Shown piece after piece: positions 17,932-26,874 of a DNA stretch of 64,000 bases. The notes under the pieces were generated by a model, which was not told the DNA's origin, did no database searches, and was given only the letters and a program-made list of their open reading frames with translations. Source of the DNA: Deltaproteobacteria bacterium (GTDB lineage Bacteria > Desulfobacterota > Binatia > DP-6). The stretch lies in NCBI GenBank assembly GCA_005879795.1, contig VBKJ01000134.1, forward strand, positions 2,515 to 66,514, written 5' to 3'. Position numbers and translations under genes: made by a program. How positions within the stretch are numbered: the first letter of the stretch is position 1; the number at the start of each line of letters is the position of its first letter.

Positions 17932-19320
17932 TCATGTCGGCCTCGCTTTCCAGAAGTAGTTGTTGAAGCCGCCACCCTCGTGGATGCGGCGGAACACGAG
18001 CTCGAGGGGCATGTCGATCTCGACCCGCTCGGGCTCGCAGTCCGTGAGCTGGCAGTAGAGCCGGCCCCCGCCGTCCAGGTCGATCACCGCGTGCGAGGTG
18101 GGCGGGTCCGGGCTCTCGAAGAGGTAATCGTTGGTGAAGGTGAAGAGCCTCCCGCGCCGCGCGAGCTTCACCTCCTCGAGCCCGCCCGGGTGCGCGCACT
18201 CGATGCACACGCGGTGCTTCGGGAACTGGACCGTGCCGCACTTGGGGCACCTGCCGCCGTAGAGCGGGAGCAGCTCCTTGCGGTCGCGGAACATGACCAC
18301 CGCCGACGACGGGTCGCTGGTGACGGTCTCCCTGCGCACGAGCCCGCGGAAGCGCGCGTAGCGGCCGTAGGACGGGAGCGTGCGCTTCACCTCGATCTGC
18401 CGCCACACGCTGGGGCCCGCGGCCGCCGCCGGCGCGGTCACCCGCAGGAGGAGCGCGTCGGCCCCGTCGCCGTAGCCCGCGACCAGGATCAGGTCGCCGG
18501 GCTTCGCGCGCTCGAGTGCGGCGGCGAGGGCGAGGAGCGGCTGCGCCGCGCCCGTGTCGCCGACCGTCGTCCAGAAGCCGTCCTGGAGCTGCCGCTTCGC
18601 ATCGAGGCCGAGCGCCTTGGCGACGGCCTGCGGCGCGCGGAGGTTGGGGGTGGGCAGGATGACCGTGGCGAGGTCCTGGGGCGGGACCCTCGCCTTCGCG
18701 AGCACGCCCTTCACCGCCTCGCCGAGGACGCGGCCGTAGCCGTACCGGGCCTCGAACGCGCCCGGGAAGCTCCTCGGGAATTCCTGCTCCCGCGTCCGCC
18801 AGGTGCCCAGGAACTCGTCCGCGATCGAGTGCGTGGCGACCACCTGGACGCGCTCCGCCCCCCTGCCGAGGAGCACCGCCGCGCCCGCATCGCCGTAGCT
18901 CTGCTCGGCGATCGAGTCGGGCTCGCCCAGCCGGCACTCGCCCGCGGCGACCAGGACGCCGCGCGCGCCGCCCGCGAGCGCGTCGAGCCCGGCCAGCAGC
19001 GCCGAGGTGGCGGCGCGCAGCGTGTCGGTGAAGTCGGCGGTACGCGTCGCGCCCGGCAGGTCGAGGACGGCGGCGATGGTCGCGGCGCCCTGCTTCTCCG
19101 TGTACGGCGAGGTGGTGGTCGCGAAAAAGACAGCGTCGGGCCGCTCGCCCGCCCCCTCCAGCGCGAGCGCGGCGTTCACCGCCAGCGTGAGGCTGTCCTC
19201 GTCGTGGTTGGCGACCGCCTTCTCGCCGCCGGCCGCCTGCCCGCCCCATTCCCTGGCGATCAGCTCGCGCGGGAGCCGGTAGCGCGGGATGCAGGCGGCG
19301 GCGGCCACGATGCCGGGCAT
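17932..19320 (-). CDS. Thiolase-superfamily HMG-CoA-synthase-like enzyme fused to a C-terminal DUF35 (Zn-ribbon + OB-fold) domain
   Basis: 462 aa from MPGIVAAAACIPRYRL (ATG 19320..19318). The C-terminus has a GGRCPKCGTVQFPKHRVCIECA zinc ribbon typical of DUF35. Confidence 0.65.
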   Translation of the reverse strand: MPGIVAAAACIPRYRLPRELIAREWGGQAAGGEKAVANHDEDSLTLAVNAALALEGAGERPDAVFFATTTSPYTEKQGAATIAAVLDLPGATRTADFTDTLRAATSALLAGLDALAGGARGVLVAAGECRLGEPDSIAEQSYGDAGAAVLLGRGAERVQVVATHSIADEFLGTWRTREQEFPRSFPGAFEARYGYGRVLGEAVKGVLAKARVPPQDLATVILPTPNLRAPQAVAKALGLDAKRQLQDGFWTTVGDTGAAQPLLALAAALERAKPGDLILVAGYGDGADALLLRVTAPAAAAGPSVWRQIEVKRTLPSYGRYARFRGLVRRETVTSDPSSAVVMFRDRKELLPLYGGRCPKCGTVQFPKHRVCIECAHPGGLEEVKLARRGRLFTFTNDYLFESPDPPTSHAVIDLDGGGRLYCQLTDCEPERVEIDMPLELVFRRIHEGGGFNNYFWKARPT

Positions 19321-19339
19321 GACGGCTGGATCCCCCCTG

Positions 19340-20470
19340 TCAGACGACGCCGCGCGCGCGCAGCCCCGCGACGTCGGCGCGCGAGTACCCAAGCGCGGCG
19401 AGGACGGCGTCGGTGTGCTCGCCGAGCTCCGGGGGCGGCGTGCGGATGGTGGGCGGCGTGTCGGAGAGCTTGACCGGGTTGCCGAGCGTGCGCCGCCCGT
19501 CGCCCTGCTCGACCACCATGCCGCGGTGGCGCACCTGCCGATCGGCGAGCGCCTCGCCGAGCGTCGCCACCGGGCCGAAGCAGATGTCGAGGTCGGCCAG
19601 CTCCGCGACCCACTCGGCCATCGTCTTCTCGCGGAACCGGGCCCGCAGGCGGCGAAACATGTCCTCGCGCTCCGCCCCCTCGGCGAACTGCTTCTCGACG
19701 AGCTCCGGCATGCCGAGGCGCTCGCAGAGCGTGCGCCAGAAGTGCGGCTCGAGGGCGCCCACCGTCACGTGGCGGCCGTCGCGGGTCTCGTAAATGGCAT
19801 AGCAGGGGTGGTGGCCCGTGAGCATGGTGTCGCCGCGCGCCGGCTCCTGCTTCTCGGCGAGATAGCGCATCACGTTCACCACCTGCCAGGCGAGCGCACC
19901 GTCCAGCATGGCGATGTCGACGGACTGCCCGCTGCCCGTCTCCTCGCGCGCCGCGAGGGCCGCCAGGATGCCCACCGCCGCCATGAGCGCGCCCCCGCCG
20001 ATGTCGGCGATCTGCACGCCCGGGATGACGGGCGGTCCGCCCGCCGGCCCGGTCAGCCCGATCACGCCCGCGAAGCCCAGGTAGTTGACGTCGTGCCCGA
20101 CGCGGTCGCGATAGGGCCCGTCCTGGCCGTAGCCGGAGATCGAGCAGTAGACGAGGCGCGGATTCAGCTGCCCGAGCGTCTCGTAGTCGACCCCCAGGCG
20201 CGCCGCCGCCCCGGGCCGCGAGCCCTCGAGCACCACGTCCGCGTCGCGCGCCAGGCGGTGGAAGATGGCGCGCCCCTCGGGCACCTTCAGGTTGAGGGTC
20301 AGGCTCCGCTTGTTGCGGCCGAGGAGCGGGATGCCCATGCCCATCGGGTCGGTGGGCGAGTAGACGGCGAGCACGTCCATCCCGAGGTCCGCGAGCAGCA
20401 TGGAGCAGAACGGCCCCGGCAGCTGGCGCGACAGATCCAGCATCCGGAACCGCGACAGCGCACCGGGCAT
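19340..20470 (-). CDS. CoA-transferase family III (CaiB/BaiF/BbsEF-type)
   Basis: 376 aa. Family III features: LKVPEGRAIFHRLARDADVVLE, the RPG motif and GYGQDGPYRDRVGHD. Confidence 0.8.
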   Translation of the reverse strand: MPGALSRFRMLDLSRQLPGPFCSMLLADLGMDVLAVYSPTDPMGMGIPLLGRNKRSLTLNLKVPEGRAIFHRLARDADVVLEGSRPGAAARLGVDYETLGQLNPRLVYCSISGYGQDGPYRDRVGHDVNYLGFAGVIGLTGPAGGPPVIPGVQIADIGGGALMAAVGILAALAAREETGSGQSVDIAMLDGALAWQVVNVMRYLAEKQEPARGDTMLTGHHPCYAIYETRDGRHVTVGALEPHFWRTLCERLGMPELVEKQFAEGAEREDMFRRLRARFREKTMAEWVAELADLDICFGPVATLGEALADRQVRHRGMVVEQGDGRRTLGNPVKLSDTPPTIRTPPPELGEHTDAVLAALGYSRADVAGLRARGVV

Positions 20471-20850
20471 GATCCGGCTCGAGTACTACGATCGCGCCAC
20501 CCGTGACAACCTCCGCCGAGGGAGTGCTGTCCCCTCCAGACCGCGCCACGCCCGAGCGGGGATCGTTGCGGCCGGTCCCGTCTCGTGCCGCAAGGATCCC
20601 GGGCGTCTCGGCGTAGCATGGACCGCCTGACGCCGCTGAGCGGATGGAGCGTTGATGAAGGCTTTGGAACCTGGGGCGGCACGTCTGCCGACCGCGGCTT
20701 CGCCGCGGTCGGCACGACCCGAGCGCCCGAAGGGCGCGAGTCGGCCACGAGGGGGAGCCGCGCGCCCCGCGCGCGGCGACGGGGGTCCGGGGGGCATCGG
20801 AAGCGCGGAGCGCGGCGAAGCCGCGCGAGCACTGGACGGGCCCCCCGGGT

Positions 20851-22119
20851 CTAATGCCCGGCGTTCACCAGCGCCGCGACCGTGAACCAGTCGTCCGTCA
20901 CCCCCGCCTTCTCGCCCTGGTTGAAGTACCAGCCCTGCTCGCCCGGAAAACGGTGGCTCGGGAGGGAGGCCTTGGTCGCGTGCTCGAGCTGCACGTCGAC
21001 CATGACGATGGCCGGGGCGAAGATGCGCTCGTCCGGGTACTCGACGGCGCCGGGCGTGTCGAGGATCTTCCTCCGGATCATCACGTCGTTGATCCAGATC
21101 TTCCACAGCTCCCCGGCGCGATCGTACATGTCCGAGTACGGGATGCCCCACGCCTCCCTGTCGATGAAGAGGACGCGCTTGCCGAAGGCGTACTGCGAGA
21201 GCTTGGAGACGCCCTCGACGACGTGCACGCGCCGCCGCTCCCACACCTCGTCGAAGGCCCAGTCGACCCTGTCGTTCCACTGGACCGGGAAGTGCCGGCC
21301 GTGCGCCACCGCGAGCAGATCCCGCTCGCCGAGGTAGCGCCAGTCCATCCACGCGATGTGCCCCGCGTAGCCGCCGTAGCTGTCGACGTCCGTGTCCTGC
21401 CCGAAGAGCGCGTCCGAGCGCTGCGCGGTGGAGAGCCGGCGCACGCGGCGCAGCGCCGGCAGGTAGAGCCAGGCGTCGTCCTGCTTGGCAGCGTCCAGGT
21501 AGCGGTAGCTGACGAAGCCGACGCCCTTCACGTCGAAGGGCTCGAGGATCGGGTAGAGCCCCTGCTGGAGCTCGTAGCCGCTCGGGTTGGGCGCCTTCTC
21601 GGGCTTCGGGTCGACGTAGAGCCGCCCGACCCAGTAGAGGCGCCGGAAGTGATCGATCAAGAAGTGACGCTCGACCGTCATCGGGCCGTGGTCCGCGATC
21701 GCCCCGGTGTCGGCGTCGAAGTTGCGCGCATCGAGGTCGTCGGTCGCGAAGAAGTTGTGGTCGTAGTTCCACATGATCTTGACCGCGACCTGCGGGTCCT
21801 TCGCGTCGATGAAGGGGAAAGGCAGCCCCGCGACGTAGTCGCGCAGCGTCACCCCGTCGGCGGCGAGCCGCACCTGGCCCGAGTACCGCTCCGTCGCCTC
21901 CCGGTAGGCGCGCGGCCACTCGATGCGCCGGCTCTCGCCGACGGTGAGCGGGAACCCGTGCCGAACACACCACTCGAGCCCGGGCGAGATCAGCTCCCGC
22001 ACCTGCTCGACGTTCGCCTCGGTGATGCGGTCCCCCGCTGCAACGTCCGCCCGTGCTGCCCCGCCGAAGACGAGCGCCACCACGCCCGCCACGGCGACCC
22101 GCGCTGCCGGAAGCCCCAC
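20851..22119 (-). CDS. Secreted DUF1329-like family protein, paralog 1 of 4 (start uncertain, between 22119 and 22272)
   Basis: It shares ISPGLEWC..GFP, LYLPALRRVRRLSTAQRSDALFGQDTDVDSYGGY and SHRFPGEQGWYFNQGEKAG ... AALVNAGH with the three downstream paralogs. It has a signal peptide (VAVAGVVALVFGGAARA). Assignment to Pfam DUF1329 is from memory of the family. Confidence 0.6.
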   Translation of the reverse strand: MGLPAARVAVAGVVALVFGGAARADVAAGDRITEANVEQVRELISPGLEWCVRHGFPLTVGESRRIEWPRAYREATERYSGQVRLAADGVTLRDYVAGLPFPFIDAKDPQVAVKIMWNYDHNFFATDDLDARNFDADTGAIADHGPMTVERHFLIDHFRRLYWVGRLYVDPKPEKAPNPSGYELQQGLYPILEPFDVKGVGFVSYRYLDAAKQDDAWLYLPALRRVRRLSTAQRSDALFGQDTDVDSYGGYAGHIAWMDWRYLGERDLLAVAHGRHFPVQWNDRVDWAFDEVWERRRVHVVEGVSKLSQYAFGKRVLFIDREAWGIPYSDMYDRAGELWKIWINDVMIRRKILDTPGAVEYPDERIFAPAIVMVDVQLEHATKASLPSHRFPGEQGWYFNQGEKAGVTDDWFTVAALVNAGH

Positions 22120-22273
22120 TGAACGCCGGCCGCGCTGTCGCCGCGGCGCTTCATGCGGGCGCGGGGGCGCCGGCGCAGCGCCTATGAGGCGCCGAGCGCG
22201 ACGGGCGGCCAGAGCTCCGGCGCCGAGCGGCGCCGAATCGAAGCGGAGCCGGCGCCCCCGCGCCCGCAGCACG

Positions 22274-23539
22274 TCAATGCCCTGCGTTCACGAGCGCGGC
22301 CACCGTGAAGAACTCGTCGGAGATCCCTGCCTTCTCGCCCTGGTTGAAGTACCAGCCCTGCTCGCCCGGGAAGCGGTGGCTCGGGAGCGCCGCCTTGGTC
22401 GCGTGCTCGAGCTGCATGTCCACCATGACGATGGAGGGCTGGAACCCGATGTCGTCCGGGTACTCGATCACGCCCGCGCCGTCGAAGGCCTTCTTCTTGA
22501 AGCTCCAGTCGTTGATCCAGATCTTCCACAGCTCGCCCGAGCGGTCGTAGATGTCGGAGTACGGGACCACCCACGCCTCCTTGTCGATGAAGATGACGCG
22601 CTTGCCGTAGGCGTACTGCGGCAGCTTGGAGACGCCCTCCACCACCCACACCTTGCGTTTCTCCCACACGTCGTCGAAGGCCCAGTCGGTCTTGTCGTCC
22701 CACTTCACGGGGTAGTGCCGCGCGTGCATGGTGCCGAGCAGCTCGCGCTCGCCGATGAACTTCCAGGTCATCCAGGCGACGTGGCCGGCGTAGCCGTAGT
22801 AGCTGTCGACGTCGGTGTCCTGGCCGAAGAGCGCGTCCGAGCGCTGGGCGGTGGAGAGGCGGCGCACGCGGCGGAGCGAGGGCAGATAGAGCCACGAGTC
22901 GTCCTGCTTCGTGGGGTCGATGTAGCGCTGGCCGACCGCGCCCACGCCCTTCAGGTCGAACGGCTCGAGGACCGGGTAGAGCCCGAGCTGGCTCCGGTAG
23001 CCGTTCGGGTTCGGCTTCTCGGGTTTGGGGTCGACGTAGAGGCGGCCGGTCCAGAACTGCGAGCGCAGGTGGTCGAGGAGGAAGTGCCGCTCGATGCTCA
23101 TCGGGCCGTGGTCGGCGACGGCGCCCGTGTCGGCGTCGAAGTTCCGCAGATCGAGATCGTCGGTCGGGTTGAACTTGTACTCGTAGTCCCACATGATCTT
23201 GAGCGCGATCTGCGGATCCTTCGGATCCAGGTCCGGGAAAGGCTGGCCGGCGACGAAGTTCTGCACGCTGAGGCCGTCGGGCGCGAGCTTCACCTGGCCG
23301 GAGTACTTCTCGGTGGCCTCCTTGTAGGCCTTCGGCCACTCGATGCGCCTCGGCTCCACGATCGTCATCGGGAAGCCGCGCTTGATGCACCACTCCATGC
23401 CGGGCGAGATCAGGTCCTTCACCTTGTCGATGTTCTGATCGGTGATCCTGTCGCCGGGTGCGACCTCCGCGCGCGCCGCCAGCCCGAGCAGCGCGACGCC
23501 GAGCGCCACCGCGACCGCCACGCCGGGTCTTCTCGTCAT
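22274..23539 (-). CDS. Secreted DUF1329-like family protein, paralog 2
   Basis: 421 aa starting MTRRPGVAVAVALGVALLGLAARA (ATG 23539..23537 verified). It carries the same conserved blocks. The 801-aa ORF in this frame is read-through. Confidence 0.65.
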   Translation of the reverse strand: MTRRPGVAVAVALGVALLGLAARAEVAPGDRITDQNIDKVKDLISPGMEWCIKRGFPMTIVEPRRIEWPKAYKEATEKYSGQVKLAPDGLSVQNFVAGQPFPDLDPKDPQIALKIMWDYEYKFNPTDDLDLRNFDADTGAVADHGPMSIERHFLLDHLRSQFWTGRLYVDPKPEKPNPNGYRSQLGLYPVLEPFDLKGVGAVGQRYIDPTKQDDSWLYLPSLRRVRRLSTAQRSDALFGQDTDVDSYYGYAGHVAWMTWKFIGERELLGTMHARHYPVKWDDKTDWAFDDVWEKRKVWVVEGVSKLPQYAYGKRVIFIDKEAWVVPYSDIYDRSGELWKIWINDWSFKKKAFDGAGVIEYPDDIGFQPSIVMVDMQLEHATKAALPSHRFPGEQGWYFNQGEKAGISDEFFTVAALVNAGH

Positions 23540-23556
23540 CTTCGGCTCCTTCGCGA

Positions 23557-24825
23557 TCAGTGCCCCGCGTTCACGAGCGCCGCGACCGTGAACCACTCGT
23601 CGACGACGCCGGCCTTGTCGCCCTGGTGGTAGTACCAGCCCTGCTCGCCCGGGAAGCGGTGGCTCGGGAGCGCCGCCTTGGTCGCGTGCTCGAGCTGCAT
23701 GTCCACCATCACGATCGCGGGCGCGAAGGGCAGCTCGTCCTCGTACTCGAGCACCCCCGCGCCCTCGAAGGCCTTCTTGCGGAAGCCCACGTCGTTGATC
23801 CAGATCTTCCACAGCTCGCCGGAGCGGTCGTAGATGTCGGTGTAGGGGATGCCCCAGGTCTCCTTGTCGATGAAGAGCACGCGCTTGCCGTAGGCGTACT
23901 GCGGCAGCTTCGAGATGCCCTCGAGCACGTAGACGTGCCGCTTCTCCCACACCTCGTCGAAGGCCCAGTCGACCTTCTCGTGCCACTTCACCGGGTAGTG
24001 CTGCGCGTGGACGATGCCCAGCAGGTCGCGCTCGCCGAGGTACTTCCAGTCCATCCAGCCGACCTGGCCCGCATAGCCGTAGTAGCTGTCGACGTCGGTG
24101 TCCTGGCCGAAGAGCGCGTCGGAGCGCTGCGCGGTGGACAGGCGACGGACCCGCCGCAGTGACGGCAGGTAGAGCCACGAGTCGTCCTGCTTGTCCGGGG
24201 AGAGGTAGCGGTTGCCGAGCGCGCCCACGCCCTTCAGGTCGAAGGGCTCGAGCACCGGGTAGAGGCCCTGCTGCGCGCGGTAGCCGTTGGGGTTCGGCTT
24301 CTCCGGCTTGGGGTCGACGTACAGGCGCCCGTTCCAGAACAGGCGGCGGAAGTGGTCGAGGAGGAAGTGGCGCTCGATCGTCATCGGCCCATGGTCGGCG
24401 ATGGACCCGGTGTCGGCGTCGAAGTTCCGCAGGTCGGTGTCGTCGAGGCCGTTCACGTACCCGTAGTCGTAGTTGAACATGACCTTGATGACGAACTGCG
24501 GGTCCTTCGCGTCGGGATTGGGGAAGGGCTGGCCGGCGACGTAGTTCTGCATCGTGCGGCCGTCGGGCGACAGCTTCACCTGCGCGGCGTACTTCTCGGT
24601 CGCCTCCTTGTAGGCACGTGGCCACTCCACCGCCTTGGTCGCCCCGATGGTCATCGGGAAGCCGTGCTTGATGCACCACTCCATCCCGGGCGAGATCAGC
24701 TCCTTCACCTTGTCGATGTTCGCCTCGGTGATCCTGTCCCCGATCGCGACGTCGGCGCGCCCGGGCGCCGCGAGCAGCACGGGCACGACGGCGAGCGCGG
24801 CGGCGAGCCTCCGTGTCGTGGTCAT
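23557..24825 (-). CDS. Secreted DUF1329-like family protein, paralog 3
   Basis: 422 aa starting MTTTRRLAAALAVVPVLLAAPGRA (ATG 24825..24823 verified). Confidence 0.65.
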   Translation of the reverse strand: MTTTRRLAAALAVVPVLLAAPGRADVAIGDRITEANIDKVKELISPGMEWCIKHGFPMTIGATKAVEWPRAYKEATEKYAAQVKLSPDGRTMQNYVAGQPFPNPDAKDPQFVIKVMFNYDYGYVNGLDDTDLRNFDADTGSIADHGPMTIERHFLLDHFRRLFWNGRLYVDPKPEKPNPNGYRAQQGLYPVLEPFDLKGVGALGNRYLSPDKQDDSWLYLPSLRRVRRLSTAQRSDALFGQDTDVDSYYGYAGQVGWMDWKYLGERDLLGIVHAQHYPVKWHEKVDWAFDEVWEKRHVYVLEGISKLPQYAYGKRVLFIDKETWGIPYTDIYDRSGELWKIWINDVGFRKKAFEGAGVLEYEDELPFAPAIVMVDMQLEHATKAALPSHRFPGEQGWYYHQGDKAGVVDEWFTVAALVNAGH

Positions 24826-24911
24826 CGATTCGCCCTCCCTCGGCTGGAAACGCCCGGACCGCCGGCCGATCGCCTGGCGGCCCCGGGTGGCGACATCCCC
24901 GACGCTCCGCT

Positions 24912-26189
24912 CTAGTGTCCGGCGTTCACCAGCGCGGCCACCGTGAACCAGTCGTCGGTGACGCCCGCCTTCTCGCTCTGGTTGAAGTACCAGCCCTGCT
25001 CCCCCGGGAAGCGGTGGCTCGGGAGCGAGGCTTTGGTCGCATGCTCGAGCTGCATGTCCACCATGACGATCGCCGGGATGAAGCCGCGGTCCTCCCCGTA
25101 GTCGATCACGTTGGCGCCCTCGAAGGCCTTCGGGCGGAAGCTCACGTCGTTGACCCAGACCTTCCAGAGCTCGCCGGAGCGGTCGTAGATGTCGGAGTAC
25201 GGGATGATCCAGGCCTCTTTGTCGACGAAGATGACGCGCTTGCCGTAGGCGTACTGCGGGAGCTTGGAGATGCCCTCGATGACGTACACCCGGCGCTTCT
25301 CCCACGTCTCGTCGAATGCCCAGTCGACCTTGTCGTTCCACTTCACCGGGTAGTTCTTCGCGTGGTAGCAGCTCAGGAGGTCGCGATCGCCCAGGTACTT
25401 GAAGTCCATCCAGGCAATGTGGCCGCTGTAGCCGTAGTAGCTGTCGACGTCGGTGTCCTGCCCGAAGAGCGCGTCCGAGCGCTGCGCGGTGGAGAGGCGG
25501 CGCACCCGCCGGAGTGACGGCAGGTAGAGCCACGAGTCGTCCTGCTTCTCGGAGGAGATGTAGCGGTTGCCGAGCGCGCCCACGCCCTTCAAGTCGAACG
25601 GCTCGAGGATCGGGTAGAGGCCCTGCTGGGCGCGGTAGCCGTTGGGGTTCGGCTTGTCGGGCTTGGGATCGACGTAGAGCCGGCCGGTCCAGAAGAGGCG
25701 GCGGAAGTGGTCGAGCAGGAAGTGGCGCTCCACCGTGAGCGGCCCGTGGTCGGCGATCGCCCCCGTGTCGGCATCGAAGTTGCGCAGGTCGACGTCGTCG
25801 GTGGTCAGGTGGTTGTAGCTCCAGTTCCACATGATCTTGAGCGCGACCTGCGGGTCCTTGGTGTCGACGTTCGGGAAGGGCAGCCCGGCGACGTAGTTGA
25901 GGACGTTGAGACCATCGGGCGTGAGCTTCACCTGGCTCGCGTACTTCTCGGTCGCCTCCTTGTACGCCTTCGGCCACTCGACCCGCTTGGTCTCGCCGAT
26001 GGTCATCGGCCAGCCGTGCTTGATGCACCACTCCATCCCGGGCGAGATGAGATCCTTGACCTTGTCGATGTTCTGCTCGGTGATCCGGTCGCCGGGTACG
26101 ACGTCGGCGCGCGCGGTGAAGGGAAGGATCGCGAGCGCGAACGTGGCGGCGCCCGCCAGCGCCAGCCACCAGCCGGGCTTCTTCGACAT
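24912..26189 (-). CDS. Secreted DUF1329-like family protein, paralog 4
   Basis: 425 aa starting MSKKPGWWLALAGAATFALAILPFTARA (ATG 26189..26187 verified). Confidence 0.65.
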   Translation of the reverse strand: MSKKPGWWLALAGAATFALAILPFTARADVVPGDRITEQNIDKVKDLISPGMEWCIKHGWPMTIGETKRVEWPKAYKEATEKYASQVKLTPDGLNVLNYVAGLPFPNVDTKDPQVALKIMWNWSYNHLTTDDVDLRNFDADTGAIADHGPLTVERHFLLDHFRRLFWTGRLYVDPKPDKPNPNGYRAQQGLYPILEPFDLKGVGALGNRYISSEKQDDSWLYLPSLRRVRRLSTAQRSDALFGQDTDVDSYYGYSGHIAWMDFKYLGDRDLLSCYHAKNYPVKWNDKVDWAFDETWEKRRVYVIEGISKLPQYAYGKRVIFVDKEAWIIPYSDIYDRSGELWKVWVNDVSFRPKAFEGANVIDYGEDRGFIPAIVMVDMQLEHATKASLPSHRFPGEQGWYFNQSEKAGVTDDWFTVAALVNAGH

Positions 26190-26305
26190 GGTCGGCTCTC
26201 CTCTGCCGTCGCTACGGGTTGGGGGGCTCGGGGTCAGCCTGGCTCCTACCTCGCCCAATGTCCGAACGTCAACCTAGGCTGCCGTGGTTACCCCGACAGA
26301 GACTC

Positions 26306-26872
26306 CTAGCCGCCGATCGGCGCCCCCGCCTCCGCGGCCGGGACACGGTCCGCCGACAGGGCCTGGAAGATGAGATCCTCGTAGTAGCGCACGTTCCGTC
26401 CGATCAGGACCACGTCCGGGGTCCCTCGACGCCGCGCGTAAACGGCGGTGCCGGTCGGATTCGGCCCGCCGATGGTGACCTCGAGCCGGTCGCCGCTCGT
26501 GCAGACCACTTCAACCCTGGCCGCCTGCTGGCCGAGCCCGTAGGTGTCCGCGTCTGCGTCCGCCCCTCCGACGCGGGCGATCTCGGTCGCATCGGCGAGG
26601 GCGTTCGCGAACGCGGCGATCAGGTCCGGGGCGATGGGCGCCCCCGCGGGCTCGACGATCGTCCACCCCGCCCCCTCGCGCCGCGAGACGACGGTCCGGC
26701 TGCCGCGCACCAGCCGGACCTCGCGCAGCGTTGCGGGGTCCAGCCGGAGGAAGGATGGCGGCGCGGGGGCCTCCGTGCGGGCCGGCGGCTCCATACGCCC
26801 CTCGACGAACCAGTACTCGCCCGCCAGGGCGGCGAGCACGAGGTAGAGCAGCGCCACCTGCCGCCAGCGCAT
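26306..26872 (-). CDS. DUF4340-like secreted protein (accessory to GldG-type ABC systems)
   Basis: 188 aa with a signal anchor. It sits immediately downstream of GldG, as DUF4340 proteins typically do. It contains the pattern W.IVEPAGAPIAPDLIAAFANALAD. Confidence 0.4.
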   Translation of the reverse strand: MRWRQVALLYLVLAALAGEYWFVEGRMEPPARTEAPAPPSFLRLDPATLREVRLVRGSRTVVSRREGAGWTIVEPAGAPIAPDLIAAFANALADATEIARVGGADADADTYGLGQQAARVEVVCTSGDRLEVTIGGPNPTGTAVYARRRGTPDVVLIGRNVRYYEDLIFQALSADRVPAAEAGAPIGG

Positions 26873-26874
26873 GG

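Noticed and set aside
20851-26189. Whether the four tandem copies are insertion sequences or an assembly collapse artefact
   Set aside because: They encode signal-peptide proteins with only partially conserved sequence and different lengths, not near-identical repeats. There are no transposase motifs or inverted-repeat ends.
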